This document shows positions 49,506 to 59,021 of a stretch of 64,000 nt of DNA, in pieces. The notes below the pieces were generated by a model that searched no databases, was not told where the DNA came from, and worked only from the letters and a program-made list of their open reading frames with translations. The DNA comes from Bacilli bacterium (GTDB lineage: Bacteria > Bacillota_I > Bacilli_A > ML615J-28 > CAG-313): contig JAGBDV010000013.1 in assembly GCA_017937305.1 (NCBI GenBank), positions 4,983 to 68,982 of the forward strand, given 5' to 3'. Each line of letters begins with the position of its first letter. Position 1 is the stretch's first letter. The position numbers were made by a program, and so were the translations under genes.

Positions 49506-50852
49506 TTATTCTTCTCCTATCCAATATCTTTTATATTCTCTTGATAGAAGTTTTCCTACTTCTTTTCCAATAACTTCCATTCCAGCAGCATTAGGATGAG
49601 CTCCTGCATACATATATTCGTATGCACCATTAAAATCAATTAGACCTACTAAATCAATATAGAATAATCCATATTCTTCTGCTATTGATTTTATCGATTC
49701 ATTCATTTTTTCCCTTGGTTCATTAAAAGACATTGCATATTTATTAAATGGCATATTAAGAACAAATATATCAACATCATCATACATCTTTTTAATGTTT
49801 TCTATCATTTGTTTATACATAGTTGTAAATTTTGTTAAAGAAATATTATGAGTTAAATCATTAGTTCCCATATTAATTACAACAACATCTGGATCTACTC
49901 CATCTTTAGATAATAATTCAATTCTTTTTTCTGAAGCACCATACATTGTTCCTTGTGAAACATAAGAACCACTATATGAATTATTTGCTAATAAATTAGT
50001 CATAGACGCCTTTAACGCAATATTCCACCATGTTTTATCAATACTATCGACATCACCTGCTGGATAATATGTTGGGAATCCTTCAGGAATAATTCCTTCA
50101 TAAGTAGTAATACTATCACCTAAGAATGAAACTAATGCATTTTTTCTAGTCTTTTTAACCCATAATGGATAAAGATTTAAATCTTCTTTTGATGTTAAAT
50201 CAATTTTTCGTACTCTATTTATACATTCTGGTTCTTTATACCACCCTCTAAAGAAATACCCTAGTTTTTTAGGAACTGGTAGTAAGTATTCTAGTCCTTC
50301 AATATATTTAGTTAAAATTTCAGAAGGCATTTCTACTTCTTCATCTACAGTATAAGAAATATTATGATAGATATTTTTGTCATTCCATTTTGCAACAAGA
50401 ACAACATCACCATATGAATTTTCTGATATCTTTTCAATAAGTTCATCGTTTAGATACCATCCTAAAAATTCCATTTCACCTTCACCTACTGGATCACCTA
50501 TGATTAAAGCTTTACCAGTACTATATGTTAAAGGAGCATCAAAAGGAAATCTACCTCCATTAAGTTCATATGTAATATTCCAAGTAGTACCATACTCAAC
50601 AAATTTAGCAGTAAAAATTGCATCATCAGATACCTCTATTGACTCTACTTTATTGCCTTGTTCATCAAACCATCCTGCAAACAAATGATTTTCTAAGTAT
50701 TTTTCTTCAAATGAGTAAGTCTTACCTACTTTTATAACAATAACTTCTTCTTCACCATTACATACCAAAGTAAGTTCTCTTTTATTTCCTTTACAACTTC
50801 CCATTGTACAAATTAATAAACATATAATTAAAAATAAATAAATTTTCTTCAT
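49506..50852 (-). CDS. lipoprotein with Listeria-Bacteroides (InlB B-type) repeats and C-terminal SGNH/GDSL hydrolase domain
   Basis: Lipobox LICTMGSC. Three F.GW(F/Y) repeat units (FAGWFDEQGN, FLGWYLNDE, FRGWYKEPE). SGNH blocks FLGDSIT, GTND and AHPNAAG. Confidence 0.7.
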   Translation of the reverse strand: MKKIYLFLIICLLICTMGSCKGNKRELTLVCNGEEEVIVIKVGKTYSFEEKYLENHLFAGWFDEQGNKVESIEVSDDAIFTAKFVEYGTTWNITYELNGGRFPFDAPLTYSTGKALIIGDPVGEGEMEFLGWYLNDELIEKISENSYGDVVLVAKWNDKNIYHNISYTVDEEVEMPSEILTKYIEGLEYLLPVPKKLGYFFRGWYKEPECINRVRKIDLTSKEDLNLYPLWVKKTRKNALVSFLGDSITTYEGIIPEGFPTYYPAGDVDSIDKTWWNIALKASMTNLLANNSYSGSYVSQGTMYGASEKRIELLSKDGVDPDVVVINMGTNDLTHNISLTKFTTMYKQMIENIKKMYDDVDIFVLNMPFNKYAMSFNEPREKMNESIKSIAEEYGLFYIDLVGLIDFNGAYEYMYAGAHPNAAGMEVIGKEVGKLLSREYKRYWIGEE

Positions 50853-50867
50853 AACTAACCTCTACTT

Positions 50868-51755
50868 TTATGGTAATAAATGTCCACTAGCTAAATATAG
50901 ACTATACCATTCTTCTCTTGTAAGCTTTATATTTTCTGCTTTTAACATTTCTAATAAATGCTCTTTACTTGTAGTTCCTACAATTGGAGTAATATTTGCA
51001 GGAAGTCTTAAAATAAAGCTTACTGCAATAGCATTTTTAGATACGTTATATTTATTAGCTAATTTTTCTAATACTTGGTTTAACTTTTCATATTTTGGAT
51101 TATCAATAAATGTTCCATCTTCCCATGAAGCCATTACTGGAGACCACGCTTGTAAAGAAATATCATTTAACATTGAATATTCAATCATTCCACCGCTTCT
51201 TGATGGTGATTCACATTCACTCATATTAACAAATATTCCTTCACTAATTAAGTGAGAATGCACGATACTTAATTGAACTTGATTATATTTAATCTTATGA
51301 TCTAAATACTTATTATAAAGTTCTATTTGCATCACATTCATATTTGATACACCAAAACTTTTAACAAGTCCTTTATTATATAAATAATTAAATGCTTCAT
51401 TAACTTCTTCATACTCTACTAGCGCATCAGGTCTATGAAGTAATAAAATATCTAGATAGCCACAATTTAAAAGCTTAATACTTTCTTCTACTTGATTAAT
51501 AATATGTTCTTTTGATAAATCGTAATATCCTTTACAAATTCCGCATTTGCTTTGAATTATTATTTTTTCTCTAATATTAGGATTTCTTTTAATTATCTCT
51601 CCAAAAAGCCTTTCACATTCTCTTGCACCATAAATATCAGCATGATCAAATAGTTTAATACCATTTTCAATAGCACAAAGAATTAACTTTTCTGCATCTT
51701 CAAAACTTAATTTAGATAATCTCATACAGCCTAAAGCTAATTTACTATAATTCAT
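50868..51755 (-). CDS. aldo/keto reductase
   Basis: LFDHADIYG...LLLHRPD...GVSN. Start at the ATG at 51755 with SD AAGGTGG. The track GTG at 51767 lies inside the SD. Confidence 0.85.
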   Translation of the reverse strand: MNYSKLALGCMRLSKLSFEDAEKLILCAIENGIKLFDHADIYGARECERLFGEIIKRNPNIREKIIIQSKCGICKGYYDLSKEHIINQVEESIKLLNCGYLDILLLHRPDALVEYEEVNEAFNYLYNKGLVKSFGVSNMNVMQIELYNKYLDHKIKYNQVQLSIVHSHLISEGIFVNMSECESPSRSGGMIEYSMLNDISLQAWSPVMASWEDGTFIDNPKYEKLNQVLEKLANKYNVSKNAIAVSFILRLPANITPIVGTTSKEHLLEMLKAENIKLTREEWYSLYLASGHLLP

Positions 51756-51795
51756 ATATTTTTCCACCTTATTATATATTTTAATTATAATAATT

Positions 51796-51870
51796 TGGCA
51801 CCCTAAATAGGAATCGAACCTATATCTTAAGAATCGGAATCTTATATTTTATCCATTAAACTATTAAGGT
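51796..51870 (-). tRNA. tRNA-Arg (anticodon CCG), CCA encoded
   Basis: Hand-folded cloverleaf on the minus strand. Acceptor ACCTTAA/TTAGGGT (one G-U), D arm GTTT/AAAT with the GG loop, anticodon stem TAAGA/TCTTA with loop TTCCGAT, T arm ATAGG-TTCGATT-CCTAT, discriminator G, then CCA. 75 nt. Confidence 0.9.
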
Positions 51871-51876
51871 ATATGC

Positions 51877-52539
51877 CTATAAATTATTAATATTTAATTT
51901 ATCCCAAAGTTTTCCTTTTGGTAATACTTTAAATTTCATTGGTTCTTTAGTAACAGGATGAATAAAAGATAAATAATAAGCATGTAGGTGCATATGTGTT
52001 TCACCTTCACCACCATATAACTTATCTCCATATAAAGGATTACCCATATTAGAGAACTGAACTCTAATTTGATGGTGACGACCAGTATGTAGTAAAATAT
52101 CCACAACACTTAAACCATCTTTATATGTTAATAAATTATAATCTAAAACAGCTAATTTACCTAACTCTTTAGTTGTTGCAAATGACTTAACTAACTTTTC
52201 ATCTTTAATTAAATAATCTTTTAAAGTTCCATGATCATTTACTTTCCCATTTACTACTGCAACGTATTTTTTCAATACTTCACCATTTCTTATTTGCAAA
52301 GATAATCTACTAGCAGCTTTAGATGTTTTTGCAAAAACCATAACTCCACTAGTCATTCTGTCTAATCTCATTACAAGTCCTAAATATACATTTCCTTCTT
52401 TTTTATATTTTTCTTTTAAATATTCCTTAATTAATGAAAGCATATCCGGATCTTTTGTATAGTCTTCTTGACTAAGCACTCCAACTGGTTTTAATGCTAC
52501 TATGATGTGGTTGTCTTCATATAATATTTCTAATTTCAT
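51877..52539 (-). CDS. RluA family pseudouridine synthase
   Basis: ILYEDNHIIVALKP...RLDRMTSGVMVFAK...HTGRHHQIRVQF. Start at the ATG at 52539 (SD AGAGGT 6 nt upstream). The track start at 52629 adds an implausible hydrophobic extension. Confidence 0.85.
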   Translation of the reverse strand: MKLEILYEDNHIIVALKPVGVLSQEDYTKDPDMLSLIKEYLKEKYKKEGNVYLGLVMRLDRMTSGVMVFAKTSKAASRLSLQIRNGEVLKKYVAVVNGKVNDHGTLKDYLIKDEKLVKSFATTKELGKLAVLDYNLLTYKDGLSVVDILLHTGRHHQIRVQFSNMGNPLYGDKLYGGEGETHMHLHAYYLSFIHPVTKEPMKFKVLPKGKLWDKLNINNL

Positions 52540-52659
52540 AACCATACCTCTTGTTAATATTATTATATAACATTTAATAAAAAAATAAAAGAAATTAGAC
52601 AAATTATTAATAACAAAAATGTTTAACATTATTACATAATTATTTCCTATTCATTTTAT

Positions 52660-52688
52660 TTGAAAAAAATAATAAAATCTTGTATAAT
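52660..52688 (+). promoter_or_regulatory. putative sigma-A promoter TTGAAA-17-TATAAT
   Basis: Hexamers at 52660..52665 and 52683..52688, with TG immediately upstream of the -10. The track TTG start at 52680 sits within this promoter. Confidence 0.55.
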
Positions 52689-52727
52689 ACTATTAATGAA
52701 TTATTAATAACTATGAAAGGAGTCATT

Positions 52728-53360
52728 ATGAGTACACAATTAACTGATGCAATAAACATTAATGATTTTACTCTTGATGAAAAACCCAAGAAATTATCAA
52801 AAACAGAAAAGAAAAAGCTAAGAGTTATCACTTCTTTAATCAATGGTGAAATTAACGGAACTCAAGCAGCTGAAAAACTAGGAATCACAACTCGTCAAGT
52901 AAGAAACTTAAAACGTCAAGTTTTAAATGAAGGACGTGATGGTGTAATTCACAAAAATAAAAACTATAAACCTTATAACACTTATGATGAAGAAATTGGT
53001 GTATTTGTATGTAAAGTATATCGTAAGAGTTATCGTGGCACAAACTTTAGTGAATTTGCAAGAATCATTCAAGAAGAATATGGTGTTCAAGCATCACGTA
53101 GTACAATTTATAATTTCTTAAGAAAAGGGCGTATTCGTTCACCACAACGTAAAGCTAAGAAGCGTAAAGTAATTAGTTACGATGATCAAGGCAATAAAAT
53201 TATTCAAATTGTTCGTATTTACGATAGAAAAACTACCAATAACCCAAGTGGTAAAAAAGTTATCGCAAGTACAACAATCAAACCAGCTAGAAAACCTCGT
53301 ACTACTACAAAAGCTACTGCTTCTAAAGCAAAAGCTACTAAAAAAACAACTAAAAAATAA
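52728..53360 (+). CDS. transposase-N-terminus-like double HTH protein with Lys/Thr/Ala-rich basic tail (no DDE domain)
   Basis: AAEKLGITTRQVRNLKRQVLNEGRDGVIHKNKN...FSEFARIIQEEYGVQASRSTIYNFLRKG resembles the HTH modules of ISNCY/IS481-type transposases. The C-terminus is KPARKPRTTTKATASKAKATKKTTKK. SD AAAGGAG lies upstream of the ATG at 52728. Confidence 0.6.
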   Translation: MSTQLTDAININDFTLDEKPKKLSKTEKKKLRVITSLINGEINGTQAAEKLGITTRQVRNLKRQVLNEGRDGVIHKNKNYKPYNTYDEEIGVFVCKVYRKSYRGTNFSEFARIIQEEYGVQASRSTIYNFLRKGRIRSPQRKAKKRKVISYDDQGNKIIQIVRIYDRKTTNNPSGKKVIASTTIKPARKPRTTTKATASKAKATKKTTKK

Positions 53361-53363
53361 ACT

Positions 53364-53391
53364 AACTCTAAAGCTTCTTTAGAGTTTTTTT
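53364..53391 (+). terminator. rho-independent terminator between HTH gene and ispG
   Basis: ctctaaag-ctt-ctttagag hairpin followed by 7 T. The ispG SD begins about 5 nt later. Confidence 0.6.
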
Positions 53392-53404
53392 AAAAAGGAG
53401 TCCT

Positions 53405-54448
53405 ATGAGAAATACAAAAGAAATAAAAATAGGAAATATTTTAATAGGTGCATCTAATCCTATTGCAATCCAATCTATGACTAATACATCTACTAAAGAT
53501 GTATTAAAAACTGTTAATCAAATAAAAGAATTAGAAAACGAGGGCTGTCAAATTGTTAGAGTTGCAGTACTAGATATGGAAGATGCTTTAGCTATAAATG
53601 AAATAAAAAAACACATTAACATTCCAATTGTTGCAGATATTCACTTTGACTACCGTCTTGCAATCAAAGCAATTGAATCTGGAGCAGATAAAATAAGGAT
53701 AAATCCAGGAAATATTGGAAGGCGCGACAATGTAAAAAAAGTCGTTGATGCTGCAAAATTATATAATATCCCAATTAGAATTGGGATTAATAGTGGTTCA
53801 GTTGAAAAAGAGTTATTAGAAAAATATGGTGGACCAACACCAGAAGCAATGCTTGAAAGTATAACAAATCATGTAAAACTTCTTGAGTCATTAGATTTTT
53901 ATAATATTGTTTTAAGTATCAAATCAACAAATATAGAAAACACTATAAAAACTAACAGATTACTAAAACAACATTTTAATTATCCTATTCATATTGGATT
54001 AACAGAATCAGGAACCATACTTGCAGGATCTATTAGATCTAGCTATGCACTTGGAGTTTTACTAAATGAAGAAATCGGTGATACCATAAGAGTATCATTA
54101 AATGGCGATCCAGTAAATGAAATTCCTACATGTAAAGAAATATTAAGCATGCATTCTTTATACACTAAACCTACACTTATTTGTTGTCCTACATGTGGTA
54201 GAACAAAATATAATATGGTTGAAGTGGTAAATGAAATAGAAAAGTTCTTAAACAAAATTAATTCAAACATTACTGTCGCAATAATGGGATGCGTAGTTAA
54301 TGGACCAGGTGAAGCAAAACATGCTGATATTGGAATAGCTGGTGGAAATAATGAAGCAGTGCTATTTAAACATGGCGAAATTATTAAAAAAATAAAACAA
54401 GAAAATATTGTTGAAGAGTTAAAAAAAGAAATTCTAAATATCATATAA
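53405..54448 (+). CDS. ispG: 4-hydroxy-3-methylbut-2-en-1-yl diphosphate synthase
   Basis: IQSMTNT...VRVAV...ADIHFDYRLA...RINPGNIG...CPTCGR...GCVVNGPGE. Confidence 0.95.
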   Translation: MRNTKEIKIGNILIGASNPIAIQSMTNTSTKDVLKTVNQIKELENEGCQIVRVAVLDMEDALAINEIKKHINIPIVADIHFDYRLAIKAIESGADKIRINPGNIGRRDNVKKVVDAAKLYNIPIRIGINSGSVEKELLEKYGGPTPEAMLESITNHVKLLESLDFYNIVLSIKSTNIENTIKTNRLLKQHFNYPIHIGLTESGTILAGSIRSSYALGVLLNEEIGDTIRVSLNGDPVNEIPTCKEILSMHSLYTKPTLICCPTCGRTKYNMVEVVNEIEKFLNKINSNITVAIMGCVVNGPGEAKHADIGIAGGNNEAVLFKHGEIIKKIKQENIVEELKKEILNII

Positions 54449-54451
54449 TAG

Positions 54452-54489
54452 AAAAAAGGTATAACACATTAGTTATACCTCATTTTTTT
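54452..54489. terminator. bidirectional rho-independent terminator (ispG / surface protein convergent)
   Basis: aggtataac-acatta-gttatacct, flanked by an A-run and a T-run. Confidence 0.6.
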
Positions 54490-54491
54490 AC

Positions 54492-56771
54492 TTATTTTCT
54501 CTTTCTTAAGAATACGTATGCAACAGAAGCTGCTGCTAATGCTGCAATAATAATTTCTGCACTCTTCTTACCACACTTCTTCTTTACTGGAGCAGGTTCA
54601 GGAGTTACTTCTTCATGTAAATATTCTAACGCATCTGATTCAACTTTAATAGTATTGCCTTCAGCATCTAAATATTCAATTACTAATTTAATTGTATATT
54701 CATTAGCTTCATAGTCTAATCCTGTTAAAGAAATAGAACCACTCTTAATAGTAACTTCTTTTGCAACTTCACCATTAACTAAAACATATGCTTTTTCTAC
54801 AACTTTATCTTCATCTAAATATTCATAACTAATTGAAAGTGTTGAAGTTCCTTTTCTTGCTTCTTCAAATGTTACGATACTTGGAATACTAAATGGAAGT
54901 GTATAGATATATTGTGGATTTGAAGATAAATGATATTCTTTACCACTAGCAGGATCTACAACAGTATATTCAAAATATACTTCATATTCAGTATCTTTAT
55001 CTAAGCCATCACAAATAAATTCAGAATTATTACCCATATTGTAAGTTGCTCTACCTACATGAACGATTACATTTTGAATCCAACTTGCAGTTTCAAGTTC
55101 TGTATTCTTTTTAACAACAAATGAATCATGATTAATCTTATCAATTGATAATCCATGTTTTGGAACTTCAAAACTATGAGTAGTAAATGTTCTAGTTTGA
55201 GAACTTTCTACAACTTCTAAAATTTCAGGATGTTTATTAATCTTATATGATACTTTAACTTGATAATCAGTAGTTTCTTCTAATCCATCAAAGTTAATAC
55301 CATTTGCATCATAATCTTTAGTAACACCATTAACTGTAACTTTTACATTAGAAATTTCATTAAAGAAATCTTGATTAGTAATGTCTAACTTAACTGTTGC
55401 TGAGAATCTTTCAATATTATCAACTTTAATTTCAAAGCCAGGGTCACGCTTAACAAAGAACATTGCGTTACCATCACTTCTTTCGTTTCCATCTTCATGC
55501 TTATTAAGCGTAGTAAATCCACCATTATTATCACGAACAAAGATACAACTTGATCCACCACCATCAAATAAGAAACCATTTACACATCCTAATCCTTTAA
55601 GGAATTCACCACATTCTTCATAAGATGCACCATAAGTACCTTTTTCAACTACCATCATAATTGGAGTACCATCAGCCTTAAATCCCATAACAGTTCTATT
55701 TTTGATAGCATTAACATAATCAGTATCACAATCAGTAATTTGATTATAATCTAATACTTCACCATTTTTAAGTATTTGATTATAAAAGCTTGTAATATTT
55801 GTTAATCCTTCCCATTCACCTTCAAGTTTACATTGACAACGAATTTCATCACCAACTTTTAATGAATCTAAAGAACCATCTTTTGTTACTAAATAGCTTG
55901 TTGCAGTAGCATCATCAATTTCTAGAGTTGTTAAATCATTAACGATTTCACTAATTACACCCTTTACATAAACACGGTGTTCTCCAGCTTCACTACTTCC
56001 TGAACGGTCATATCTTTGAGTTTCATAGATAACTTTATATACTGTATAACCAGTTACATCATATGGAAGTGTTCCACTATATGCAATATCTTTATATGGA
56101 GTATTACAAATAGCAAATCTTGTAAGAAGTGTAACACCAGCTTCAGTTGGTTTATCATCAACATCATTAATCATTGCAACATCTGTATATTTACCATCAG
56201 ATCCTAAAATTTGAACATATTGTTTATCAGTTTTATCAACTAAACCATAAACATAACGACCATCATTGTCGAAACCAATTGCCATATGACCACCATAATA
56301 ATTACTATATGGTTTATAGAAATGACCTTCTTGCATTGAAGTACCTAAAACTTCTGAATTATCACTAATATGGAAGAAATCACCATTTGTTCCACCTACA
56401 ACAATCCATCCTGGATTTTCTTCTTCATAAATCTTTGCAAGTTCTGTAGGTTTTTTACCATCCCAGTTTGTTGCAGAACCAGCAGTATAGTTAACAATTC
56501 TTAAATCAGAATTATCTAGGCTAACATTTGGTTCAATCCAATGAGTCTTATGATCAGCAAGTTTTGAAGATTGAATAACTCTTTTATTATATGATGTAAT
56601 TGTTGTTTGGTTAATAGTTGCAACACCATATAAATCAGTAGTAACAACATCTGTATAAGACTTAATTGTTTCAGTTTTAAAGTTAACAGTAGGATTTGCT
56701 TTAACTACAAATATTGTAGATAAGCTCACTAGTAATACAAATACAAGTAATGATTTTATTAAATTTTTCAT
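54492..56771 (-). CDS. secreted, C-terminally membrane-anchored phosphodiester glycosidase (NAGPA/DUF2233-like) protein with three Ig/FN3-like repeats
   Basis: Signal peptide, GGTNGDFF and FLFDGGGSS motifs, three ~90-aa beta-rich repeats, then a C-terminal TM plus basic tail (IIIAALAAASVAYVFLRKRK). Confidence 0.7.
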   Translation of the reverse strand: MKNLIKSLLVFVLLVSLSTIFVVKANPTVNFKTETIKSYTDVVTTDLYGVATINQTTITSYNKRVIQSSKLADHKTHWIEPNVSLDNSDLRIVNYTAGSATNWDGKKPTELAKIYEEENPGWIVVGGTNGDFFHISDNSEVLGTSMQEGHFYKPYSNYYGGHMAIGFDNDGRYVYGLVDKTDKQYVQILGSDGKYTDVAMINDVDDKPTEAGVTLLTRFAICNTPYKDIAYSGTLPYDVTGYTVYKVIYETQRYDRSGSSEAGEHRVYVKGVISEIVNDLTTLEIDDATATSYLVTKDGSLDSLKVGDEIRCQCKLEGEWEGLTNITSFYNQILKNGEVLDYNQITDCDTDYVNAIKNRTVMGFKADGTPIMMVVEKGTYGASYEECGEFLKGLGCVNGFLFDGGGSSCIFVRDNNGGFTTLNKHEDGNERSDGNAMFFVKRDPGFEIKVDNIERFSATVKLDITNQDFFNEISNVKVTVNGVTKDYDANGINFDGLEETTDYQVKVSYKINKHPEILEVVESSQTRTFTTHSFEVPKHGLSIDKINHDSFVVKKNTELETASWIQNVIVHVGRATYNMGNNSEFICDGLDKDTEYEVYFEYTVVDPASGKEYHLSSNPQYIYTLPFSIPSIVTFEEARKGTSTLSISYEYLDEDKVVEKAYVLVNGEVAKEVTIKSGSISLTGLDYEANEYTIKLVIEYLDAEGNTIKVESDALEYLHEEVTPEPAPVKKKCGKKSAEIIIAALAAASVAYVFLRKRK

Positions 56772-56787
56772 AATTTTTTCCTTTCTT

Positions 56788-57690
56788 TTATTGTTCTCGT
56801 ATTTTTTCTTTTAAATTTTCTTCAAATATTCCATTTTTAATCATATTAATTTCATATTTATATGGTGGAAAGTTTTCTTTATTATTTAAAGATGGAACAT
56901 ATGGAGTTTCTAAAATTTTAGGAATATTAATAAATCTAGGATCATTAAAAATTTTCATAATCGTATTAAATCCTAAACTACCAAATCCAATATTTTCATG
57001 TCTATCTTTATGAGAAGCAAGAGGATTTTTTGAATCATTAACATGAATAACTTTTAAATATTCTAGTCCAATTACTTCATCAAATTTATTTATAACTTCT
57101 TCATAATTATTAACTAAATCATAACCACCATCATTAATATGACAAGTATCTAAACATACACCAATTCTTGATTTATCATTTACATTATCGATAATGAATT
57201 TTATTTCTTCAAAAGTTCTACCTACTTCATTACCTTTACCAGCCATTGTTTCAATTGCAATAACAGTACGAGCATTAGGAGTTAACTTGATTATTTCATT
57301 AATTCCTTTTGCTACTTGATTTAAAGCATCGCTTCTTTCAGAATCAACAGCAGAGCCTGGATGAAGAACTAAATATTTACAACCTATATTATGAACACCA
57401 CTAACTTCAGTTGCAATAAATCTCACTGCAAAATCAAACTTTTCTGGATCTTTTCTTGCAAGATTAACAATATACGGAGCGTGTATAATAACATCCTCTA
57501 AACTAATATTATTTTCTTTTGCAATCAAAGCCATTTTATCAGCATTCATACTTTCAATAGGTTTACGAATTGTATTTTGAGGTGGTCCTAAATATACCAT
57601 AAAACAAGTAGCGCCATAGTTTAATGCTTCTTTGATACTACCTTCTAACATTAAAGGACCACTATTACCTACATGACATCCTATTTTCAT
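56788..57690 (-). CDS. nfo: deoxyribonuclease IV (endonuclease IV)
   Basis: MKIGCHV...IHAPYIVNLA...LHPG...ETMAGKG...CLDTCH...HVNDS. Downstream of the DEAD-box helicase, as in B. subtilis cshB-nfo. Confidence 0.9.
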   Translation of the reverse strand: MKIGCHVGNSGPLMLEGSIKEALNYGATCFMVYLGPPQNTIRKPIESMNADKMALIAKENNISLEDVIIHAPYIVNLARKDPEKFDFAVRFIATEVSGVHNIGCKYLVLHPGSAVDSERSDALNQVAKGINEIIKLTPNARTVIAIETMAGKGNEVGRTFEEIKFIIDNVNDKSRIGVCLDTCHINDGGYDLVNNYEEVINKFDEVIGLEYLKVIHVNDSKNPLASHKDRHENIGFGSLGFNTIMKIFNDPRFINIPKILETPYVPSLNNKENFPPYKYEINMIKNGIFEENLKEKIREQ

Positions 57691-59021
57691 TTTTTGCCTT
57701 CCTTAGCCTTTCGCTTATAAATTTCAGAAATATATTCACGTTTAGCTTTTCTAATTTTCTTATCAATTTCAGCTTTACGTTTTTTCTTATAACCAGGTTT
57801 AACCTTTTTAGGCATTCTTACTTGTTGATGAACCTTATCTTCTATTTCTCTTACAAAACTTCTAGTAGGTCTTTTTACTAGTTTTGTTTGAACTAATTCA
57901 CCATCACTAATTTTAACAAACCTTACTACAAGCCCTTTTTCTCTTAAACCATTTACATAAGCATCATCATCATAAGCATATAAAGAAATTGCAGTACCTG
58001 TACTATTAAATCTAGCAGTACGTCCTGTACGATGAATATAGAATTCAATATCAACAGGTAAATCAAAATTGATTACATGACTTACTCCTTCAATATCAAT
58101 ACCACGAGCTGCAATATCACTTGCAACAACATATTTAAATTCAAGATTTTTAATACGTCTTAACATTTGTTTACGGTCTCTATCATCCATTGCACCATGT
58201 ATTTTTCCAACTTTATATCCGTTTTGTGCAAGTGTTAATGATAATTCTTCAACTTTTTCTTTTTTATTTACAAATATTATTGCAAGATAGGGATTTATAA
58301 TATTAAGTAAATCTAATAATACATGCTCTTTTTGTTTAGCTTTACATTGTAACATTAAATGTTCAATACTAGCTTTAGTAAGATTTTTTTCTTCTAAAAC
58401 AATTGTTTCAATATTTTGTAAATATTTATTTAAGAAAGCTCTTAGACCTTTAGAAATAGTTGCAGAGAATATTAGAAATTGAGGCATATCTTGAATTTTA
58501 CCCATAATATGGTCAACTTCCACAATTTCTTTTTCTTCAAATATCATATCAGCTTCATCAATTACAATAGTTTTAGCATTATGAATTTTTAATACATTTG
58601 ATTCAATTACTAAGTCATGAATACGACCAATTGTTCCTATTACAACCTGAGGTTCTAACTTTTCATATTTTTTTACTTCTGTATCTCTATCCATTCCACC
58701 AATAACTTTCGCAACAGTTATTTCTTTCTTAGAATGTTTTGCAATTTGCATCGCAACATTATATAATTGTTCAGCAAGTTCTCTTGTTGGAGAAATAATT
58801 ACTGCTTGACAAGATTGATCATACACATCTAAGTTTTGAAAAATAGGAATCATAAATGAATGGGTTTTCCCACTACCAGTAGCACTTTCTACCATTAAAC
58901 TATTACCTTTAATTGCTTTAGATAATACTTTAGCTTGAACAGTTGTAGGAGAATCAAAATGTATTTCATTTAAGGCATCATAAATATATTCTTTAAAATG
59001 ATAGTCTTTAAACTTACTCAT
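57687..59021 (-). CDS. cshB: DEAD-box ATP-dependent RNA helicase (CshB-like)
   Basis: Q motif, ATGSGKT, DEAD, SAT and HRTGRTAR motifs, basic C-tail. Start at the ATG at 59021 (SD GGAGG 6 nt upstream). Confidence 0.9.
   Translation of the reverse strand: MSKFKDYHFKEYIYDALNEIHFDSPTTVQAKVLSKAIKGNSLMVESATGSGKTHSFMIPIFQNLDVYDQSCQAVIISPTRELAEQLYNVAMQIAKHSKKEITVAKVIGGMDRDTEVKKYEKLEPQVVIGTIGRIHDLVIESNVLKIHNAKTIVIDEADMIFEEKEIVEVDHIMGKIQDMPQFLIFSATISKGLRAFLNKYLQNIETIVLEEKNLTKASIEHLMLQCKAKQKEHVLLDLLNIINPYLAIIFVNKKEKVEELSLTLAQNGYKVGKIHGAMDDRDRKQMLRRIKNLEFKYVVASDIAARGIDIEGVSHVINFDLPVDIEFYIHRTGRTARFNSTGTAISLYAYDDDAYVNGLREKGLVVRFVKISDGELVQTKLVKRPTRSFVREIEDKVHQQVRMPKKVKPGYKKKRKAEIDKKIRKAKREYISEIYKRKAKEGKK

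Noticed and set aside
52640-52843. 67-aa minus-strand ORF spanning the promoter and 5' end of the HTH gene.
   Set aside because: It overlaps a near-consensus promoter and SD for the plus-strand gene. The sequence is hydrophobic and low-complexity with no SD. Most likely spurious.
51796-53391. tRNA-Arg next to a transposase-like HTH gene, considered as the edge of an integrated mobile element.
   Set aside because: There is no integrase or DDE domain, and I spotted no direct repeat of the tRNA 3' end. The intervening (rluA-family) and flanking (AKR, ispG) genes are ordinary chromosomal genes. I treat it as a domesticated gene instead (see findings).
54043-54444. 133-aa minus-strand ORF inside ispG. 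Similar cases: the 136-aa ORF at 11782..12192, the 104-aa ORF at 29882..30196 and the 103-aa ORF at 50377..50688.
   Set aside because: All are antisense to long genes with clear motifs (ispG, the flavin-reductase-like gene, pdp, the SGNH lipoprotein). None has an SD or recognisable domains.
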